From NCBI GenBank assembly GCA_965660445.1, contig CBFIAK010000002.1, forward strand, positions 64,001-128,000: a stretch of DNA of 64,000 nucleotides. Direction: 5' to 3'. The translations under genes were made by a program, and so were the position numbers. The DNA is from Patescibacteria group bacterium. Lineage in GTDB: Bacteria; Patescibacteriota; Gracilibacteria; UBA4473. Shown here in pieces: positions 58,868 to 64,000 of this stretch. Within the stretch, counting starts at the first letter, position 1, and every line of letters begins with the position of its first letter. The notes under the pieces are model-generated. The model searched no databases. It had not been told where the DNA came from and was given only the letters and a program-made list of their open reading frames with translations.

Positions 58868-60736
58868 TTATTTTTCTTGAAGGAAGAGTATGCCTTGTAT
58901 GTGCTCAATATCATATCGAGGTTTTTGAGGTTCTTTCTTAAGGTTTATATTCTGCAAAACAAATGTAACAACAAGTGTTTCGTTTTCTGTTTGGAAAATG
59001 GGGTTTTGAATTGTTTGTGTTTGATGCCTTTTTTCAGATTCAAAGTCTATTATCTGAGTACTCAAGAATTCATTGATTGAAAACTCGAATACTTCATTTT
59101 GACTCGTTTGTACGATAATTGCTTGTTTGAGTATATCAAACGCAATAGTATAACGAGTGCCGTTGTGTTCAATAGATCGTTTTTCTGCTTCTTGGTATGT
59201 ATATGATTCAAGTGGAGTTATAAGGACGGTATCGTTGAGAAACTGAATAGCTGGAATGCCAGATTCGTTTATCCGATACGTTTGGTAATAAGGTTCATCT
59301 GGGTTTCTTTTGTCCCATATTTGAACAAATGAAACGCCTATGTATTCCATTATCTCCTGAGGAATATTGTATCTATTGAGATGAGTTTTTCCAAACTCGT
59401 CTTCTGTTTGGGCTATTGTCCCTATATCAATACGAAACCACGACTCAATACTTTCGAGTGAATGATATTGATGTAGATACGTGAGAATATTGTATATTTC
59501 TAATCCGTGTTCTTCTTTTTCAAGTGTTCGTATTGTCTCTGATGGTATTATTGTGTTATCAATTAATATTTCTTCATATTCTAAAATACTCTTTAATCGT
59601 CCGGTTTGACTCATTTGAGAAACAGAAAATATGCCCCATGGTCCAAAAGATGCGAAAAATAATAAGGTAACAAAAGACATCAGAAACGAAATCAGTTGTG
59701 GTTTTCGGGCTATTGTATACCACACACTCATACTTAAAAGCCATAAACCAAGTACAACAACCATATACCGATTTTCAGTAACTCCGTATTGTTGAATCCG
59801 TAATAGGATTGATACGAGTAAAATAATACTTTGAGGAATGAGAAATAAGTAGAATCCAGAAACTCCTTTTTGAAGTATAGATGATTTCTCTATCGATGGC
59901 GTCATAATGTAATGAGTAATGATTCCGACAGATGCAAACCAAAGAATGAGATACCCCACAACTCCTTCTGGCCAAATACCAGTTATTCCTATTTTTCCAG
60001 TATAGGCCAATAAGATACAGGCATAAGCAATGAGGAGGGGACTCAGAATATATTGAGTGAGTATAGCCAGTGCTTTTGGATACTTACTGTCGTCTTTAAT
60101 ATCTGTTTTGGGAATATGAGACAAAAAGAAAAATGGGGCAATAATACCCATACCAATGATCCAAATTTCTGCGTATCGATCATTCCCTAAATCAAGACTA
60201 AAGAGCGCTTTAAGTGACCACACAATAGCTGATATTCCTGCACAAAGAATAACACTAAACACAACAGCTTGAACTATTGCTTGAAAGAGATATTTTACAT
60301 AATGCCAGAAAGGGAGTGGTTTTTCAGAGTCTTTCAGAAATGGAATACACGGAATCATCAGCAAGAACCCCGCCCCCCACATAAATGATTGAATGACAAT
60401 TTTGTTTTCAAACTCTTCTAAACTGTTTGGCAAAAGAAGCATGTATCCAAATAACAATAATGCTCCTATCGCAAGAGCGATATATCCTTTTTGATGTGGT
60501 AATTCATAGCGTTCTCGAATAATCTGTATTGATATAAAAAGAGGAAACCCGAGAATAAGCGTTAATAAAATCCTATAGAGTGATTCATCAGTGATTTCAT
60601 GAAATGCAAGTAACCCGATAAGACTGGCATGAATACTAAAGAGCGCGGGAATTGGAAACCGAATAAAAACGAAATGAATCGCATTTCGGATGTCGTTGCC
60701 TATTTTTTGAAACGTAGACTGTAGTTTTGTAAGCAT
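58868..60736 (-). CDS. DUF4153-like multi-pass membrane protein
   Basis: RFP start, YILSPL..Y..IL.AY.GKI, RIQQYGVTENRY, FGPWG..SVS..SQ. Confidence 0.75.
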   Translation of the reverse strand: MLTKLQSTFQKIGNDIRNAIHFVFIRFPIPALFSIHASLIGLLAFHEITDESLYRILLTLILGFPLFISIQIIRERYELPHQKGYIALAIGALLLFGYMLLLPNSLEEFENKIVIQSFMWGAGFLLMIPCIPFLKDSEKPLPFWHYVKYLFQAIVQAVVFSVILCAGISAIVWSLKALFSLDLGNDRYAEIWIIGMGIIAPFFFLSHIPKTDIKDDSKYPKALAILTQYILSPLLIAYACILLAYTGKIGITGIWPEGVVGYLILWFASVGIITHYIMTPSIEKSSILQKGVSGFYLFLIPQSIILLVSILLRIQQYGVTENRYMVVVLGLWLLSMSVWYTIARKPQLISFLMSFVTLLFFASFGPWGIFSVSQMSQTGRLKSILEYEEILIDNTIIPSETIRTLEKEEHGLEIYNILTYLHQYHSLESIESWFRIDIGTIAQTEDEFGKTHLNRYNIPQEIMEYIGVSFVQIWDKRNPDEPYYQTYRINESGIPAIQFLNDTVLITPLESYTYQEAEKRSIEHNGTRYTIAFDILKQAIIVQTSQNEVFEFSINEFLSTQIIDFESEKRHQTQTIQNPIFQTENETLVVTFVLQNINLKKEPQKPRYDIEHIQGILFLQEK

Positions 60737-60832
60737 TGTGTATGTTTTTTATATATGACAAGTATACGACTTTCTCTAAAAAAGTAATATTTTTATTGAA
60801 AAAACGAAAAAAAAGAGTATAATTCATCGAAT

Positions 60833-62593
60833 ATGATTTCTCTTGCATTAGCGGTTTCGGGTTGGCTTGGGAGTGTTGGGCTACAGGTTCCTCTGGATAG
60901 AAGCCCTTCTGTTCTTTATTCCCAAAAAAGAATAGAATCAACGTATGAAACATTATCTCCTTTAGATTCAGCACTTTATTCTCTTGATTTTTTATCGGCA
61001 TTACCAAAAACGTTCCTTGAACTGTCTCATGCAAAACCAAATCAAACACCTTCTTCAAGCAGTATTTTAGGACGACTCTTGAATTCATCAAATGCTCTTG
61101 AATTACAACCAAAACCACAAAAAAAAGATACATCGAAATCAGTTCTTCCATCATCAGTCATGAAACCAGTTCTGAAACCAGAAATAAATGTGATTCTGGA
61201 AGATAAAAGTATTATTTCACATACTCACACCAATATTATACAACTGAATAATACCTATTCAAAAGATAAATACGGTGTGTATTTTGAAAATCAGAATGTT
61301 GAAAATGCAGGAATATATTCATTTGAAGTTCTCAATGATTTTTATGGAAAAGATGTTCACTACGTATACTACAAAACAAAACCCTTAAAAAATGCCGATA
61401 AAGATTCTTTTCAAATAACACCATTGTCTCATCTAGCACTGGATAAGAATAATGTTTATTATCGCGGAGAAATACAACATGCTATTGACAGAAACAATTT
61501 TTCTTTTGTCGACTCTATTCAAGCACAAGATCAAAGGTTTCTCTATTATGAGGAAGCAGAAACACTTCGAAAAATTCCAAAGTTTGGATATCCTCTTCCG
61601 ACTCCAGAAACTGTCAAAGGAATTTATATTCATGCGTACAACTTTGTCTCGCCTGTGCAACGTCAAAAATACCTACAGTTTTTTGATAGTACAGTCTTAA
61701 ATACAGCCGTTATTGATATAAAAGATGCAGAAGGAAAATTATTATTTCCTCCTACAAAATCAGTTTTATCAGCTTGGCCAATTAGCAAGAGTTCGCTTTC
61801 GCGTTCTGCTTTTCAAGAAGCACTTGAAATTTTTCAATCAAAAAATGTTTATACTATTGCTCGAATCACAACCTTTCAAGAACCATCCGCCGTTTCTGCG
61901 TATCCTCATTTAGGAATCAAAGATAAAAATGGACAACAATGGAAGAATTTTCATGGAATTGATTGGTTTGATCCAACAAAAAAGGAGGTTTGGAATCTGG
62001 TCGTAGCACAAGCAAAAGAAGCTTTTGATCTTGGGTTTGATGAAGTTCAGTTTGATTATATTCGGTTTCCTTCTGATGGATATATTTCTCGTATAGATAA
62101 ATCTCCATTACAAGGACGAAAACGGTTTGAAGTGTTGCAAGAATTTTTTCAGTATATCGATGAAAATCTTAATGAGTACCCACAACCAATTTCTCTCGAT
62201 CTTTTTGGACTTACCTATCGGCAATACGAAGATGAATCATATGATTTAGGAATAGGACAACGTTTGGTCGATACCCTTCCTTATTTTGATTATCTATCAC
62301 CTATGATTTATCCATCACACTATGGAGAAGGTCATTTTGGAATCCCAAGCCCTATAAATAGCCCTTATTTGCTTTTAAAAGAATCACTTCATGATGGTCA
62401 TTCTATTATAGAGAATGCTGGTTATGATGTTTCGAAATCTCGACCATGGATTCAAGATTTTACACTGCATGGAGTGAAATATAACGCTCAAGAAGTAACC
62501 GATCAAATACAAGCAGTACAAGAAACAAATGCGTCAGGGTTTTTGCTCTGGAATGCACGAAATGTCTATACAACACAAAGTTTACTTGAATAA
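60833..62593 (+). CDS. putative glycoside hydrolase (DUF4015-like) with DKNYY-like repeats
   Basis: YSKDKYGVYF/YGKDVHYVYY/ALDKNNVYY repeats; VKGIY, NTAVIDIKD, GFDEVQFDYIRFP, SPMIYPSHY, RPWIQDF. Confidence 0.8.
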   Translation: MISLALAVSGWLGSVGLQVPLDRSPSVLYSQKRIESTYETLSPLDSALYSLDFLSALPKTFLELSHAKPNQTPSSSSILGRLLNSSNALELQPKPQKKDTSKSVLPSSVMKPVLKPEINVILEDKSIISHTHTNIIQLNNTYSKDKYGVYFENQNVENAGIYSFEVLNDFYGKDVHYVYYKTKPLKNADKDSFQITPLSHLALDKNNVYYRGEIQHAIDRNNFSFVDSIQAQDQRFLYYEEAETLRKIPKFGYPLPTPETVKGIYIHAYNFVSPVQRQKYLQFFDSTVLNTAVIDIKDAEGKLLFPPTKSVLSAWPISKSSLSRSAFQEALEIFQSKNVYTIARITTFQEPSAVSAYPHLGIKDKNGQQWKNFHGIDWFDPTKKEVWNLVVAQAKEAFDLGFDEVQFDYIRFPSDGYISRIDKSPLQGRKRFEVLQEFFQYIDENLNEYPQPISLDLFGLTYRQYEDESYDLGIGQRLVDTLPYFDYLSPMIYPSHYGEGHFGIPSPINSPYLLLKESLHDGHSIIENAGYDVSKSRPWIQDFTLHGVKYNAQEVTDQIQAVQETNASGFLLWNARNVYTTQSLLE

Positions 62594-62640
62594 TTTGAGA
62601 TTTTAGACTAGCTTTATCACGTATTGTTCATATTCTATTT

Positions 62641-63369
62641 ATGACTCGTTTTCTTTTTCCTGTTGAGGTATGGATATCGTATATTGCGCGTTCTTTCCTT
62701 TTTGGAGGTGCAATATATGCTTTTTTTGATGCCAATTATTTACTGGCAATTTTTATTTTGTTTTCTCTCTGTATTACCTTTTTTCCTGCGTATTTAGAAC
62801 ACAATTATCGAATAGTGCTTCCCGCTTTATTAGAAGTAACATTTGTATTATTTGTTTTTGCCGCTTTGTTTTTGGGTGAGTTGAACAATTTTTATGATCG
62901 ATTTTGGTGGTGGGATATGTTTCTTCACGGACTTTTTGGAATTATATTTGGGTTACTTGGATTTATCGCTCTTTTTACATTGTTCGATCAAGATCGAATT
63001 CGCACTTCTGCTTTTTGGGTGTGTTTTTTATCGTTTTGTATGGCGTTATCTCTCGGAGCATTATGGGAAATAGGTGAGTTTTTTTCTGATATAGTGTTTG
63101 GAACAAATCTTCAAAAGGGAATTACCAATACTATGATCGATTTAATTCTTGATACATTAGGGGCATTGTGGGTATCTGTTTTTGGATATCTTTATATTCA
63201 ACATAATCATCAGAATATAGTGAAGAGCATTATTCATGCTTTTCAATATAAAAACCCTCATTTTTTTAATAATCTCAAAGATAAGGTTTTAGAATCAAAT
63301 ACCCTTGCTCATATTCAAGAAAAAAAAGATCATATGAAACATATTATCAACGAAAAACTAAAACGATAA
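62641..63369 (+). CDS. membrane protein (DUF2238-like)
   Basis: FLGELNNFYDRFWWWDMFLH, GALWEIGEF, TMIDL. Confidence 0.65.
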   Translation: MTRFLFPVEVWISYIARSFLFGGAIYAFFDANYLLAIFILFSLCITFFPAYLEHNYRIVLPALLEVTFVLFVFAALFLGELNNFYDRFWWWDMFLHGLFGIIFGLLGFIALFTLFDQDRIRTSAFWVCFLSFCMALSLGALWEIGEFFSDIVFGTNLQKGITNTMIDLILDTLGALWVSVFGYLYIQHNHQNIVKSIIHAFQYKNPHFFNNLKDKVLESNTLAHIQEKKDHMKHIINEKLKR

Positions 63370-63377
63370 GAGAGGAA

Positions 63378-63719
63378 AAAAAATTCGTATACACTCATTC
63401 TTTGGGGCCCCCAAAAAAGGTATCAGTTTTTGTTTTTCTGTGTTTATAATCGAAGAAATTCTTGTTATTTTTGTTTTCGAAGGCGTCGGGTGAGAATTGG
63501 TATACACGCTGTCGTCGTCAATGACTGCATTGAAATAGTTTTTAAAGTATAAAAACTTATTTCTTATTACGTCATTTCCTCCTCTCCCCAAAAAATTCGT
63601 ATACACTCATTCTTTGGGGGCCCCAAAAAAGACTAGCGTTTTTTTTTTCTGTGTTTATAATCGAAGAAATTCTTGTTATTTTTGTTTTCGCGCGAGTGGT
63701 GAAATTGGTATACACGCTA
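63378..63719 (+). repeat. ~130-bp direct duplication of the tRNA-Leu promoter and 5' arm; first copy degenerate
   Basis: 63378-63510 vs 63590-63719 share AAAAAATTCGTATACACTCATTCTTTGGGG...TTTCTGTGTTTATAATCGAAGAAATTCTTGTTATTTTTGTTTTCG...AATTGGTATACACGCT. Confidence 0.85.
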
Positions 63720-63774
63720 GTCTTAGGAACTAGTGCCGTAAGGTGTGTGGGTTCGAGTCCCACCTCGCGCACCA
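63690..63774 (+). tRNA. tRNA-Leu(UAG)
   Basis: GCGCGAGTGGTGAAATTGGTATACAC-G-CTAGT-CTTAGGA-ACTAG, long variable arm, GTTCGAGTCC...CGCACCA. Confidence 0.97.
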
Positions 63775-63791
63775 TCGTATCGTCAGATATG

Positions 63792-64000
63792 ACTCCAATA
63801 TTTCATAATCCGTATACACGGATTATTTCATATGTTCCGTCATATCTTCCTCTCGAATGAAGAGAGGTCTTTGTTTTCATAACGGTTGTTTTTTGCTACA
63901 CGCAAAACCACCTACTCAAACAAAGCTACCCTCATCATTCGGTAAATTGCAAGAATCGCAGGGGTAACTCCAATATTCCATAATCTGTATGCACAGATTA
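63792..64000. repeat. two copies of a 34-bp hairpin repeat 175 bp apart
   Basis: 63792-63825 ACTCCAATATTTCATAATCCGTATACACGGATTA vs 63967-64000 ACTCCAATATTCCATAATCTGTATGCACAGATTA. Confidence 0.7.

Noticed and set aside
1-64000. Alternative genetic code (UGA=Gly as in code-25 Gracilibacteria, or UAG recoding) as the explanation for the internal stops
   Set aside because: Conserved genes are full length under code 11. TGA ends rnc and pilB-upstream-type ORFs with ATGA overlaps, TAG ends dnaN and mutY, and the two internal stops differ (TAG and TAA).

Overview
A 64-kb chromosomal segment of an AT-rich, code-11 bacterium. The gene content points to CPR/Patescibacteria, probably Peregrinibacteria/Gracilibacteria-class (inference): VirB2-like pilin repeats, NVGIGT surface protein, V/A-type ATPase and pyrimidine-rich leaders without Shine-Dalgarno sites. 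Most of the window is housekeeping: 7 tRNAs, rpsP/rpmE2/rpmF/rpsT/rpsO, nusB, rnc, lspA, pnp, dnaN, mfd, tmk, murF, comF, pilB, a partial Na+ V-ATPase operon and a GT4-GH57-GH15-ROK alpha-glucan operon. The highlight is a ~10-kb type V CRISPR-Cas island (6812-16655) between convergent tRNA-Asp and tRNA-Arg genes. It holds a 12-repeat V-A array, cas2-cas1-cas4 and TWO effectors. The canonical cas12a is broken by one in-frame TAG at codon 79. The second is an intact 1049-aa divergent RuvC effector inserted in the opposite orientation. It has no Nuc domain, a ~135-aa RuvC insertion and a Zn ribbon, and it resembles the Cms1/Cas12a2-related Smithella-type (Cas12a3) clade, so it is predicted to be RNA-triggered. 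Most spacers look antisense to coding sequence, which fits RNA targeting. Secondary oddities include an FeS-less MutY fused to an intact Nudix domain, a PdxS pseudo-enzyme, a solitary nicotianamine synthase, tRNA-Val with U37, a second single-nonsense gene and several non-coding repeat elements. All family assignments come from motif recognition, not database searches.
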